Positions 40,462 to 50,750 of a stretch of 64,000 nucleotides of DNA are shown here, in pieces. The notes beneath the pieces were generated by a model. That model was not told the origin of the DNA and ran no database searches. It saw only the letters and a program-made list of their open reading frames with translations. Each line of letters begins with the position of its first letter. Position 1 is the first letter of the stretch. The translations under genes were made by a program, and so were the position numbers. Source of the stretch: an uncultured bacterium (GTDB lineage: Bacteria; Chlamydiota; Chlamydiia; Chlamydiales; SM23-39); the NCBI GenBank assembly GCA_963716985.1, contig OY970323.1, forward strand, positions 1,632,001 to 1,696,000, in the 5' to 3' direction.

Positions 40462-41907
40462 ATGCGCATCGTCCATGTAGCGACCGAAATGGCCGCCATT
40501 GCAAAAGTGGGGGGCTTGGCCGATGTTTTGCATGGGCTTTCCACACAGCTCGTCCACGAGGGGCACGAGGTCACCGTGATCCTCCCCAAATATAAGGCAA
40601 TCCCCTACAAAGGCTTAAAAGCCCTCGAAGTTTTCAAAACATTTGAAAAGGGATCTCTTTATGAAAATTCGGTCTGGGAGGGACATTTAGGAAAAATCAA
40701 GCTTCTTTTCATCGAACCCCACCATCCCGCCGAGTATTTTGAGCGCGACGAGATCTATGGATACGAGGATGACCTTTTACGCTTCATCTATTTTAGCAAA
40801 TGCGCCGCCGACTATTTATCGCAAAAGAGCAAAGAGTTCGACCTCCTCCATTTGCATGACTGGCATCCTTCCCTAATCGCTCTTCTTGCACGCAACCACT
40901 TTCCTTCTTTAAAAACAGCGAAAATCATCCTCACCATACACAACATTGCCTATCAGGGAAAATGCCGGCCCATCGATCTGGATCATGTGGGGATTCAAGG
41001 GGGCAGCTATCTATCGTATGACAAACTCCAAGACCCAATTTCCCCTCATCTGCTCAACCTCCTCAAAGGCGCAATTGTTTATTCCGATCTCATCACAACC
41101 GTTTCTCCCACCTATGCCAAAGAAATTTTAGTTGAAGGACATGGGCTGGAAAAAACCCTTGCCTTCTACCAGAAAAAACTCCATGGCATTCTCAACGGCA
41201 TTGACACTTCCATCTGGAACCCCGAGGAGGATCGCTACCTTGCGGCTACCTATTCCTCTTCCGACTCTCTGAACAAAATCCTCAAAGCCAAAGAAAAAAA
41301 CAAGCGAGCGCTTCGTAAAGAGTTGCGCCTCAAAGAAGGCCCTATGCCCCTGGTTTCCAGCATTGGCAGGCTTGCTCCACAAAAAGGGCCCGAACTCATT
41401 CGAGATGCCCTTCTCCATACGCTCAAGCAGGGAGGGCAATTTGTCTTGCTCGGAGCTCCTACCAACCCCGAGATCCAAGAGGAGTTTTTCTCTCTCAGAG
41501 AAAAGCTCAAAGGCAACCCCAACGTCTCCTTCTGCTTTGATTTTAGCGAAAAGCTTTCCCACCTTCTCTATGGAGCTAGCGATTTTCTCGTCATTCCCTC
41601 CCGATTTGAGCCTTGCGGCCTTACCCAGATGATCGCCCATCGTTACGGCACCATCCCCATCGTTCGAAAAACGGGAGGTTTGGCCGATACGGTCTTTGAT
41701 GTACAGGAGGCGAAAATGCCCGAAGAAAGTAGAAATGGCTTTGTTTTTGAAGAATTTTCTCAAAATAAAATCCAACAAACCTTGGATCGCGCCCTTACGG
41801 CTCCCGATCGCTGGCAACATCTGGTGGGAAAGATCATGCTGCAAGATTATTCCTGGAAAACATCCTGCGGAAAATATCTAGAGCTTTACCGAAAGCTCAT
41901 GGGATAA
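40462..41907 (+). CDS. glgA: Glycogen synthase
   Basis: KVGGLADV, HLHDWH, GILNGID, PSRFEPCGLTQM, TGGLADTV. Confidence 0.97.
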   Translation: MRIVHVATEMAAIAKVGGLADVLHGLSTQLVHEGHEVTVILPKYKAIPYKGLKALEVFKTFEKGSLYENSVWEGHLGKIKLLFIEPHHPAEYFERDEIYGYEDDLLRFIYFSKCAADYLSQKSKEFDLLHLHDWHPSLIALLARNHFPSLKTAKIILTIHNIAYQGKCRPIDLDHVGIQGGSYLSYDKLQDPISPHLLNLLKGAIVYSDLITTVSPTYAKEILVEGHGLEKTLAFYQKKLHGILNGIDTSIWNPEEDRYLAATYSSSDSLNKILKAKEKNKRALRKELRLKEGPMPLVSSIGRLAPQKGPELIRDALLHTLKQGGQFVLLGAPTNPEIQEEFFSLREKLKGNPNVSFCFDFSEKLSHLLYGASDFLVIPSRFEPCGLTQMIAHRYGTIPIVRKTGGLADTVFDVQEAKMPEESRNGFVFEEFSQNKIQQTLDRALTAPDRWQHLVGKIMLQDYSWKTSCGKYLELYRKLMG

Positions 41908-42484
41908 ACACCTTTTTCAAATAGCTCCGATTTGCGTAAAGATAATCGAGCGCGGAAAAAACGCTATAGAAAGCAGCGACTGCCACGGCATAGAAGCTCC
42001 ATCTTCTCAAAGAGTCGAGAGAAAGGACATCCAGAGTAAACGCAACCATTGCAAAAACGATGAGAAAATTGACCCCTATCTGCAGGATCGTTTTGATCTT
42101 GCCGCTCTTCCTTGCGGCTAAGGCAAATCCCTTCAGAGCGCAGATGGTTCTGAGCGTGCTAATGATAAATTCCCGATAAATAAAAACAAATACAAGCAAA
42201 AGGGGAATCGAGACCCATCCTTGCGTAAACGTGAAGAAAATAATAATGTTAGTGATGCTATCGGCCATAGGATCGAGAACCTTGCCAAGGTCGCTCACCT
42301 CATTTCTTTTTCTTGCGATAAAACCATCCACAAGATCGCTCAGCGCACAGATCACCAAAATGATGAGCAGCACATAAGGCATCCAAAAACGGCTCACTCC
42401 CAGTTGTGCATATTCCAAATAAACCAAAGGAAAAAACGGGATGATGAGTATGCGCAAAAAAGTAAAATAATGAGCGATATACAT
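41897..42484 (-). CDS. pgsA: Phosphatidylglycerophosphate synthase
   Basis: DLVDGFIARK..SDLGKVLDPMAD, GKIKT. Confidence 0.92.
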   Translation of the reverse strand: MYIAHYFTFLRILIIPFFPLVYLEYAQLGVSRFWMPYVLLIILVICALSDLVDGFIARKRNEVSDLGKVLDPMADSITNIIIFFTFTQGWVSIPLLLVFVFIYREFIISTLRTICALKGFALAARKSGKIKTILQIGVNFLIVFAMVAFTLDVLSLDSLRRWSFYAVAVAAFYSVFSALDYLYANRSYLKKVFIP

Positions 42485-42877
42485 GAAACGACCTAAAAAT
42501 ACTCTTAAAGACAAGATTAATGGATCGAAAAAAATTTCACAAGGAGAAGCGTTTGGAAAAAAAACTTATTCTTCCGTTCGATCCATTTGCGAATAGAGAC
42601 GCTGCAAATAACTCTTCCGAGATTCTGTTTCATGAATGAATCGAACCCACTCTGCATTCGCAAGGATCCGCTGCCCCAAGCCTGCAACAACCAGCCCTCC
42701 GCCCATCCTCTTTTCTGAGGGCTCTCTTTGCACCCGGTTGAAAGAACTGTTAGAAATAGGACGTGGCATAGATTTTCTCCCAAAAATTCCCATTATTCTA
42801 AGCGAAAAAACCCAAATGCAGCAAGGAAGAAATTCTTGCCCTCTTCGATGACAAACTTTTCCGCAAAGACACTTACC

Positions 42878-43260
42878 TCAATGTTTGCAACCATAGCATC
42901 GATCGCCCGCATCTCCCCAAGGCCCGGGACAATATATCCTTTCTCATTGAGAACAGGATCGATGGCAGCCGCAAAAATTTGAATGTCGGGATCGAGCTCT
43001 ACAATTTTCTCGATTCCCTCTTTTGCCGCAATTGCCGAGACTAAAATAATTTTTTTAGGAGCCTGTTTTTTGATGACCCGGATCGCATTCAAAAAAGAGC
43101 CCCCCGTTGCCAGCATGGTATCTGCAATCACAACAACCTTACCCTTCACGTCGGGCATAGCCATGTAACTTGTTGTGGCGCACAGGGTTTCTTCATTTCG
43201 GCACATGGCAAAAAAACCCACTTCGGCATCGGGAAAAACTTTCTGCATGCCAAAAAGAAG
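42878..43260 (-). pseudogene. upp: Uracil phosphoribosyltransferase remnant
   Basis: RNEETL, DTMLATGGS, LNEKGYIVPGLG, then a frameshift (DAGDRCYG in another frame); N-terminus absent. Confidence 0.8.
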
Positions 43261-43261
43261 G

Positions 43262-44044
43262 TCAAGCTCTTCGAAAAAAAGCCTGTTTGACCGATTTACA
43301 CCACCAGTCAATGAGATGAAAATGATTTTGAAAAAAGAGCCAAAGAAAGGCTTTTAACAGGCCAAAATGGTGATAAAGAATACGCATCGTTTCCCATTCT
43401 ACTCCTAAGAATTCTTTCGCATACATCCTTCGGAAGACATAATCCACGAGAATCCGGGGAAGGAAAAGCACTTTTCTCTTCTTATTTTTCAAAAGGCGGC
43501 ACAAGAGTTCAAAATCTTCCCGATACAGATAATGCTTGTTAAATCCATGAACTTCTTCCAAAATGCTGCGCAAAAAAAAGATGGATTGAAGACGTGTGGG
43601 CATCATGCCTTTTTTTAAAAAATCCAATAAAAGCGGACGGCAGACAACCTCGCCGGCCTTTTCTTCTTCCCGAGCCAGATATCCGCTTGCGATCAGTTGG
43701 GGAAAATCATTTTCCTCGATCTTCTTTTTGAGCTCTAAAAGAACATGTTTGGAAAGAAGCACATCCCCCGGTAAAAGAAACTGGACATATCTTCCTCTTG
43801 CAAAACCAAGCCCCTTGTTCATCAAGCGCGCATGCTCGCGCACATAAGAAGGGTGAATTTTTACGATTTGCTCCATTGATCCCTTCAGCATCTCAAGATC
43901 GTTTTCGGAAAGGCCGTGTTCGATGAGTATGATCTCAAAATCTTGGCATGTCTGCTCGCGCAGGCTATCGAGCGTTACGGAAACAAGATGGTAAGAATCG
44001 GGAATGATCAGAACGACGGAAAAAAAAGGGGCTTCAATTTTCAT
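43262..44044 (-). CDS. Glycosyltransferase family 2
   Basis: TLDSLREQTCQDFEIILI, MNKGLGFARGRYVQFL, EDFELL. Confidence 0.85.
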   Translation of the reverse strand: MKIEAPFFSVVLIIPDSYHLVSVTLDSLREQTCQDFEIILIEHGLSENDLEMLKGSMEQIVKIHPSYVREHARLMNKGLGFARGRYVQFLLPGDVLLSKHVLLELKKKIEENDFPQLIASGYLAREEEKAGEVVCRPLLLDFLKKGMMPTRLQSIFFLRSILEEVHGFNKHYLYREDFELLCRLLKNKKRKVLFLPRILVDYVFRRMYAKEFLGVEWETMRILYHHFGLLKAFLWLFFQNHFHLIDWWCKSVKQAFFRRA

Positions 44045-44233
44045 GCATTTCCTCTAAAAAAAAGAGGATAGATCTCTTTTCCTTTTCCGGTCAACCAGCT
44101 TTGAGAAGAAGAAATAAGGTTTGAGAAAAAACCCTCTCTTTTTTGATTTCTGCCCGAACACCGGAGGAAGAGGAAAAGCCTCATATAAGAAAAAAGCCAG
44201 TTGCGATAGACTAAGGCAAAAATCAAGGTCATT

Positions 44234-45628
44234 ATGGCTAAAATCGATTCCTTAAAGCCCATTGTAGCTCTTTGCAAAAGAAGGGGTTTTGTCTATCCCG
44301 GATCCGAAATCTACGGAGGCTTTGCCAACACTTATTCTTATGGCCCTTATGGAGCCGAGCTCAAGAAGAACATCAAAGACCTCTGGTGGCAAACTTTTAT
44401 TCATGAACGAGAAGACATGGTCGGCATTGACGGGCCCATTCTTTTGCACCCTCTTGCCTGGAAAGCTTCCGGCCATTTGGAAGGGTTTAACGATGCTCTG
44501 ATCGACTGCAAGGAGTGCAAAAGCAGATTTCGCGTGGATCATCTCATTGAAGATGCCCTCCACCAAGAAGTGGCAGGAATGTCCTTGGGAGACATGACGC
44601 TTTTGATTAGGGAAAAACAGATCCCCTGTCCCAAATGCGGATCAAAAAACTTTACCGACGCCAGGTATTTCAACCTCATGTTCCAAACCCCCATGAGCAA
44701 AACGGGGGGAGAAGAAGTTGCCTACCTCCGCCCTGAAACGGCGCAGGCCATCTTTTTAGATTACAAAAACGTGATCGATACCATGCGCGTGAAAATCCCC
44801 TTTGGGATCGGTCAAATCGGAAAAGCCTTCCGTAATGAAATCACCCCGGGAAATTTCATCTTCCGCGTGATCGAATTCGAACAAATGGAAATCGAATATT
44901 TCATCGAAGAAAAAGAGTGGAAAAAAACCTTCGAAGAGTGGCTTGCCGCTATGCACAATTGGTGCAAACTCATTGGACTCGACCCGCAAAAAGTCCATGA
45001 AAAAGAACATGGCAAGGAAGAGCTCTCCCACTATTCCAAGAGAACCGTGGATCTGGTCTATGATTTTCCCTTCGGAAGAAGCGAACTTTATGGCCTTGCC
45101 TATCGCACAGACTTTGATCTGAAGCGCCATAGCGAATTTTCCAAGGTCCCTCTTGAATATGTAAATCTCGAAACTAAACAGCGCTTCATTCCTCACGTTG
45201 TGGAACCTACCTTTGGCGTCGATCGCACCATTTTGGCGCTCCTCTGCAACGCCTATGAAGAAGAAACACTGGAAAATGGCGAGATGCGCTCCGTTCTGCA
45301 TTTTTCTCCTAGAATCGCTCCCGTAAAATGCGGTATTTTCCCGCTCATGAAAAAAGAGCCTCTCGTGGAAAAAGCAAGAGAGATTTATCGAACGCTCAAA
45401 AAACATTGGAATGTGGAGTATGATGAGGGTGGTGCGATTGGCAGAAGATATCGCCGCCAAGACGAGCTGGGCACTCCCTATTGTATCACCGTAGATTTTG
45501 TAACATTAGAAGATCAAACGGTGACCCTACGGGACCGAGACACCCTCAAACAAAAACGCGTTCCTATTCAGGAAATTGTCTCGTTTCTTAGAGAGCACTT
45601 GAATCTTGATTCACTCTCAAAGCTGTAA
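44234..45628 (+). CDS. glyQS: Glycine--tRNA ligase, homodimeric (alpha2, class IIa) type
   Basis: LCKRRGF..EIYGG, YLRPETAQ, GKAFRNEI, EFEQME, LSHYS, PHVVEP, IGRRYRRQDE. Confidence 0.96.
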   Translation: MAKIDSLKPIVALCKRRGFVYPGSEIYGGFANTYSYGPYGAELKKNIKDLWWQTFIHEREDMVGIDGPILLHPLAWKASGHLEGFNDALIDCKECKSRFRVDHLIEDALHQEVAGMSLGDMTLLIREKQIPCPKCGSKNFTDARYFNLMFQTPMSKTGGEEVAYLRPETAQAIFLDYKNVIDTMRVKIPFGIGQIGKAFRNEITPGNFIFRVIEFEQMEIEYFIEEKEWKKTFEEWLAAMHNWCKLIGLDPQKVHEKEHGKEELSHYSKRTVDLVYDFPFGRSELYGLAYRTDFDLKRHSEFSKVPLEYVNLETKQRFIPHVVEPTFGVDRTILALLCNAYEEETLENGEMRSVLHFSPRIAPVKCGIFPLMKKEPLVEKAREIYRTLKKHWNVEYDEGGAIGRRYRRQDELGTPYCITVDFVTLEDQTVTLRDRDTLKQKRVPIQEIVSFLREHLNLDSLSKL

Positions 45629-45631
45629 TAG

Positions 45632-45669
45632 GAGAAGACAGGGTGTCCATTCGGATGTCCTGTCTTCTC
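45632..45669 (+). terminator. Hairpin between the convergent GlyRS and ATPase genes
   Basis: GAGAAGACAGG...CCTGTCTTCTC 11-bp stem; no clear U-tract. Confidence 0.5.
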
Positions 45670-45778
45670 GCACCACTTTAATAGAAACTTTACGGAAAAC
45701 GGGAACCGGTGTGAGAATGATGAAAATGGCCCTTCCGGCGACGGCACCCATGACTCCAAAGTCACTCCTAAAGATCGC

Positions 45779-46906
45779 TTAAGTCACATATTCAAGGTAA
45801 TTGTCAGGCGTGATTACTTGAAAAGCTGCATTTGAATAATTCTCTGTCCAAACAGAGGGCGCTTTATTTTTTTTCTTCGGAGACCATTTGACTTCGAAAG
45901 CTGACAATTGATTCTCTATCTCTTCAATAAAATCAATTTCTTGTCCGTCATAGGTTCTCCAAAAATATCGATTTCCATAAAATCTTGTATAAGAATTTTT
46001 TTTTAGCCTTTCGATAAAGATGAAATTTTCCCATAACCGGCCTACATCATCTCTCATTTCTAGTTGGTTAAATTGAGCCAATACCGCGTTGCGAATTCCT
46101 AGGTCAAAAAAGTAATATTTGTGTTTACTTGTGATTTCCTTTCTCAGATTGCGGCTAAAACCACTTAACTTGCAAATAACGAAGGATTTTTCTAATAAAT
46201 CTAAATATTTGCCTACGGTTTTAACATCAATATGCAGCTGCGTAGCAAGTTCGTTATGAGAAACTAGCTGCCCAATTTGGAAAGCCAGCAATTTAATAAG
46301 ATTCAAGAGGACTTCGGATTTTTTGATTTTCTCAAGAGCCAGAACATCCTTAAGCAAATATGAATCGACAAGCTCGTTTAAAATGCTAATCTTTTCCTCT
46401 CGTTTTTTTTCCATCATCACTTTGGGGTATCCGCCGAAAAGCAAAAACTCTTCCAGGTTTTCCTTTAATTCATAGGGATTATAGATTTTTAATAGTTCCA
46501 GTTGAGCAAGTGGATAAAGAGTGAGCGTTGTCTTCCGCCCGGTTAATGGTTCTCCAACTGCTTGAGACAGATCAAATGAAGAAGATCCCGTTGCAATGAT
46601 CGATAAATTGGGTACCCGGTCGACAAGAATTTTTAGAGCCATTCCTATGTTGGGTATCTGCTGTGCCTCGTCAATTGCGATGAGATCGTATCCGGCCGCG
46701 TATGCCAGAATTTTTTCAAAATCTTGCGACCCTAGAAGATTTTGCGTACGGATGTTATCGCCGGAATCCAGCTTATATTTCAGATTTGTTTGACTCAAAA
46801 AGTGTTCCAAAAGAGTGGTTTTCCCGACTTGCCTAGGACCGTAAATGATGAGCACCTGGTTAGTTTTAATAAACTCTCCTAGGTTTTCATAGTATCTAGG
46901 CAGCAT
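45779..46906 (-). CDS. AAA+ ATPase (AAA_14/DUF4143 type) with a C-terminal PD-(D/E)xK-like motif
   Basis: GPRQVGKTT, IDEAQ, ATGSSS, LTGR, GGYP, DLGIRN, WRT..EIDFI..AFEVKW. Confidence 0.9.
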   Translation of the reverse strand: MLPRYYENLGEFIKTNQVLIIYGPRQVGKTTLLEHFLSQTNLKYKLDSGDNIRTQNLLGSQDFEKILAYAAGYDLIAIDEAQQIPNIGMALKILVDRVPNLSIIATGSSSFDLSQAVGEPLTGRKTTLTLYPLAQLELLKIYNPYELKENLEEFLLFGGYPKVMMEKKREEKISILNELVDSYLLKDVLALEKIKKSEVLLNLIKLLAFQIGQLVSHNELATQLHIDVKTVGKYLDLLEKSFVICKLSGFSRNLRKEITSKHKYYFFDLGIRNAVLAQFNQLEMRDDVGRLWENFIFIERLKKNSYTRFYGNRYFWRTYDGQEIDFIEEIENQLSAFEVKWSPKKKNKAPSVWTENYSNAAFQVITPDNYLEYVT

Positions 46907-46940
46907 AACAAACACCCCTGTAAATTTTATTCTCTCAAAA

Positions 46941-47030
46941 ATCCATAATTTAGTCAAAAAATTTGGATCTGCAATCCCAATTTTAGTCTAAAAATTGGGA
47001 ATGTTGATCCATAATTTCTGATCAAAATGA
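46941..47030. repeat. Three 33-bp-period imperfect palindromic repeats
   Basis: ATCCATAATTTAGTCAAAAAATTTGGAT (46941), ATCCCAATTTTAGTCTAAAAATTGGGAAT (46974), ATCCATAATTT.. (47007). Confidence 0.65.
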
Positions 47031-47075
47031 CACATCTCATTGGAAATCAACTTGTTGCGAAATTTCTGCATTTTT

Positions 47076-47255
47076 AAACTGAGACAACGCTTACAAGGAT
47101 GTCAGGAATCCAGCAAAGGCTGGTAAACATCCTCAGTCTGCAGGATGAAGCTCCGACCACTGTTTTAGGGTGACAGCGTATCGCAAAAAAAATGACCCAA
47201 ACATAGTTATGAGAGGATGTTTTCATTTTTGTATTCCGTAACTAGGAAAGTCGGG
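47076..47255 (+). mobile_element. Orphan IS1634 end fragment, inverted relative to the full copy
   Basis: Near-identical to the reverse complement of 47868-48045; ends TAACTAGGAAAGTCGGG followed by CTAG. Confidence 0.9.
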
Positions 47256-47867
47256 CTAGAACAGATAGCGCTGAAACTGTTGGATTTTTCTTTTAGAAAA
47301 TCAAATTCTTTTGAAAACATCTCAAGAAAAACTTATAAGAAAACTAAGAGAGTTGTTTTGGGGGGAAAATGACAAGGCTTTTTATTTTTCTTATTTCTTA
47401 TTTGAGCTGTTGTGCACTCAATGCTGCGTCCGTTACTTGGACTGGGACTTCCAACGTCTATCTGAATGATCCTGCTAACTGGCTTCCGGACATCCCAGAT
47501 GCAACGACCGATGCTTACTTCGATACCACTTCTCCCATCAGGCATGATCTATCAATGACGGGTACCGGTAACACCGTATTTGCTCGCTCGGTCAATATTT
47601 CTGGATATGACTACACCTTCGCAATGTCTTTAGGCAATAAGTTATTTGTAGGGGCTAGAGGTGTTACCATTGCTTCTCCACACCTTGGAACTTTTTATGT
47701 AACTGGAACCGGTAATTATACTTTTGCTAACTGTTCTCTATCCACTGCGCAATTTTCAAGCTCTGGTGGGAATGGATCGATCGTATTGACCGACGTTTCT
47801 GGTGCAAATGCTCAGGTATCTTTGTCCGGTGGCCTGGCGTTGGCTGTTAATGGAAATGTTTCCCTAG

Positions 47868-49844
47868 CCCGACTTTCCTAGTTACGAAATACAAAAATGA
47901 AAACATTCCCCCACAACTATGTTTGGGTCAATTTTTTTTGCGATACGCTGTCACCCTAAAACAGTTGAGCCTTATCTTGCAGCCTGAGGATGTTTACCAG
48001 CTTTTGCTGGATTCCTGACATCCTTGTAAGCGTTGTCTCTGTTTTATCTTTGGTTCCTTTGTGTTTGGCTAATTCGTAAGTATTTACAACCTCATTGATT
48101 CTTCCCAGCTCAGTCTCCAGCCGTTTGTATGATATATTGATTCCGGCTGCTGCAACTCTTCGCTGTAGCGTTTGCCGAAGAAGTAGCGCAATGGAACAGT
48201 ATAAGGCGTGCACCTTAATATGAGCGTCTATCCAGTGATAAAGCGGCCACCAGGTCCCGGTAGCGCGATCCTTGGTTTTCTTGAATATGCCTTCCACCAA
48301 GTATTGGCTGCGATAAGCTTTGATAATCCTATCTGTATCCCATTCGTGCCTTGTCGTTACGATAATAGTCTTACCAAGATAAGTATCCTCCAGCTTTGCG
48401 AGGGCCTCTCTATCAATATGATATTGCAAAAATGGCACTCCTGTCGTGTCATCTAACGTTACCTCAGTTACTATTACACGGGAAAGAAACTGTCTGTGCA
48501 GTTTGTCCTTGCACTGATTCTCGATACTGGTCTTGGTGGGCTTTTTTCCCTTCGTCACGAGGCCATTCCGCCGATCATTCAATTTCTTTTGCAACTCTTG
48601 CAGCCCATCTATAGCGTGCGTGATATCGTTTTGTAATGTTTTGCGCTGAGTATCAAATAATTCCGGATTGTAGGTGGTTATTGTGGTGAGAAGTATGCCG
48701 CTCACGCGCTTCTTCTTTCGTAGGGCTTTGTTTCCAAGAAGATCTTTGTCCTGACAGGGTCGCAATACTCCGCTACTGTTAGAGATAGCGGCTAACTCTG
48801 TGTGCTCGCCAAGCTTGACCGAACCTACAAAATGAAGCTTCGCCAATTTCAAGAGTTTAAAGTTGTCTTTCGAATTATTTCCCTTGTCAAAGATTATCGT
48901 TACTTCCGGCTTGCGTGACACTCCAAAGGTGATTTTCAGGAACTTGTCGAATCTACCAATAACATCCAGAAACTCCTTAGCGTCGTTCCGGTTACCCTCA
49001 TATACATCATAGTAAAGAGGTATTTGACCGTCGGCGGCGCAAAAGAGTGAATAGCTGACCTGGCGTAGATTGTCCTGGCCCTGCTTATTCTTGCCTCGCT
49101 TGGCAATAGAGCATCGTTCATTGAATGTGTCGATAAAAGTATAGTAGTTGGTGCCGTCATAAGAAATTGATGCCGGATCGATGTTTTCTCTGGTAATGAC
49201 ACCCTTAAGAATGGTCGTCCAGATCTGTAGGCATTCTTCGTGACCAAACCGTCGCATATGATCCCAGAATCTCTGAGAACAGAGGCTATCGGCAGAAGCT
49301 TGGGGAACATATCGCACAAGTGCAGTTTCACGGAACCACTGCCACATTGAATTTTTGCTGCTGGCCTGAATCGCTCTATTGAGTGCTGCAATGAGTATAT
49401 ACTGTCCAATCGTCAGTCCTTGTGATCGTTTCATGCAAATATTATCGATAATCGCAATGACCTCGGCCCGTCGAGCTTCAAGCCACAGAGCGGTTATAAT
49501 GCCCCACTGGAATACCTGTGCAAACAATGGCTTGCGTCCCGAGCCCTCCACCGCTCTTAGAATATCCTCTGCCTTCCCTAAATACTTTTGCCACACCCGA
49601 CGTGGCTTCCCATCAACTCTACGCCATTCGCAGGCGTAATAGTACTTATGACCATTTATTACCTTAGCTTCCACCTGAGCCATACGACTCCTATTCTTAT
49701 AGGATTTCTATTTTAGGGGGACACCATACTGGAAAGTCAAGGTAAAAAATTTAGGGTGACAATATTAGTCGCAAAAAAATGCCCTCAGATAATCCTGTAA
49801 GGGCAAATTAGGATGAATGAGTTTGTCTAACTAGGAAAGTCGGG
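47868..49844 (-). mobile_element. IS1634-family insertion sequence
   Basis: 17-bp IR CCCGACTTTCCTAGTTA; CTAG duplicated at 47864-47867 and 49845-49848; subterminal TTTAGGGTGACA motifs near both ends. Confidence 0.92.
47956..49683 (-). CDS. IS1634-family transposase
   Basis: R.DGKPR..QKYLG, YDGTNYY, RGKNKQ, YEGNRND, IFDKGN, YRSQYLVEGIFK, PLYHW..HIKVH. Confidence 0.92.
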   Translation of the reverse strand: MAQVEAKVINGHKYYYACEWRRVDGKPRRVWQKYLGKAEDILRAVEGSGRKPLFAQVFQWGIITALWLEARRAEVIAIIDNICMKRSQGLTIGQYILIAALNRAIQASSKNSMWQWFRETALVRYVPQASADSLCSQRFWDHMRRFGHEECLQIWTTILKGVITRENIDPASISYDGTNYYTFIDTFNERCSIAKRGKNKQGQDNLRQVSYSLFCAADGQIPLYYDVYEGNRNDAKEFLDVIGRFDKFLKITFGVSRKPEVTIIFDKGNNSKDNFKLLKLAKLHFVGSVKLGEHTELAAISNSSGVLRPCQDKDLLGNKALRKKKRVSGILLTTITTYNPELFDTQRKTLQNDITHAIDGLQELQKKLNDRRNGLVTKGKKPTKTSIENQCKDKLHRQFLSRVIVTEVTLDDTTGVPFLQYHIDREALAKLEDTYLGKTIIVTTRHEWDTDRIIKAYRSQYLVEGIFKKTKDRATGTWWPLYHWIDAHIKVHALYCSIALLLRQTLQRRVAAAGINISYKRLETELGRINEVVNTYELAKHKGTKDKTETTLTRMSGIQQKLVNILRLQDKAQLF

Positions 49845-50312
49845 CTAGGCTATCTAAACAGCAGTAGCAGCTCTGACTCCATAGTGTTAGCAAGTGGGGG
49901 AAGCATTCTCACCGTTGGAAACCTCAATAATAATGCAATCATTGTAGGGTCCATTAGTGAGACGACATCAGCTTCGGGTCAATTAACCAAAGTGGGTAGC
50001 GGGAGTTTATCTCTTACGAATACAACTAATTCTTATACTGGCGGGACCAATATCAACGGAGGAACCCTGCAAATCTCCGCTGCGGGCAACATGCCAAGTA
50101 TCGGAGCCATCACGTTTAATGGGGGAGATGTTCTGGATACAATGACAGGTGGTTTTCCGACCCCTTTATTGATTCCTAATGACATGCATTTAATCACCAA
50201 CGGAAAGATCAAGGTGGATACCAACACAACAACTTTGAGTGGGTCTATCTCCCTAGCCGGCTCACTTACAAAAACGGGAACCGGAACTTTGGTGCTTTCC
50301 GGTTCGAATAGT

Positions 50313-50750
50313 TATAGCGGGGGCACAAATATCAACGGGGGAACCCTGCAAGTCCCAGCTGCTAACGTTATTCCAAGCGGAACCATCACATTCACCGGCC
50401 CATCGACCCTGGCCCTAGATACAGGGTTGGGCGGCTTTGCCATTCCTAACGCTATCACTTTAACTGCAAATGGATCGGTCGATGTGAATACCGGCAACGC
50501 AGGAATTTTGAGTGGGCAAATCACCGGAGTTGGCTTTTCTCTTACAAAAACGGGAAATGGAACTTTGGCCCTTTCCAATAACACGAATAACTATAGCGGG
50601 GGCACAAATATCAACGGGGGAACCCTGCAAGTCTCAGCTGCTAACGTTATTCCAAATACCGGAACGATCACGTTCACCGGCCCATCGACCCTGGACACAC
50701 TGGCGGGCGGCTTTGCCATTCCTAACGCGATCACTTTAACCGCAAATGGC
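50313..50750 (+). repeat. 279-bp-period direct repeat in the autotransporter passenger
   Basis: TATAGCGGGGGCACAAATATCAACGGGGGAACCCTGCAAGTC at 50313 and 50592. Confidence 0.85.

Noticed and set aside
42517..42790. Short ORFs between pgsA and the upp remnant
   Set aside because: No motifs or RBS; likely decayed sequence.
46941..47030. CRISPR array
   Set aside because: Repeats are adjacent and degenerate, with no unique spacers and no cas genes.
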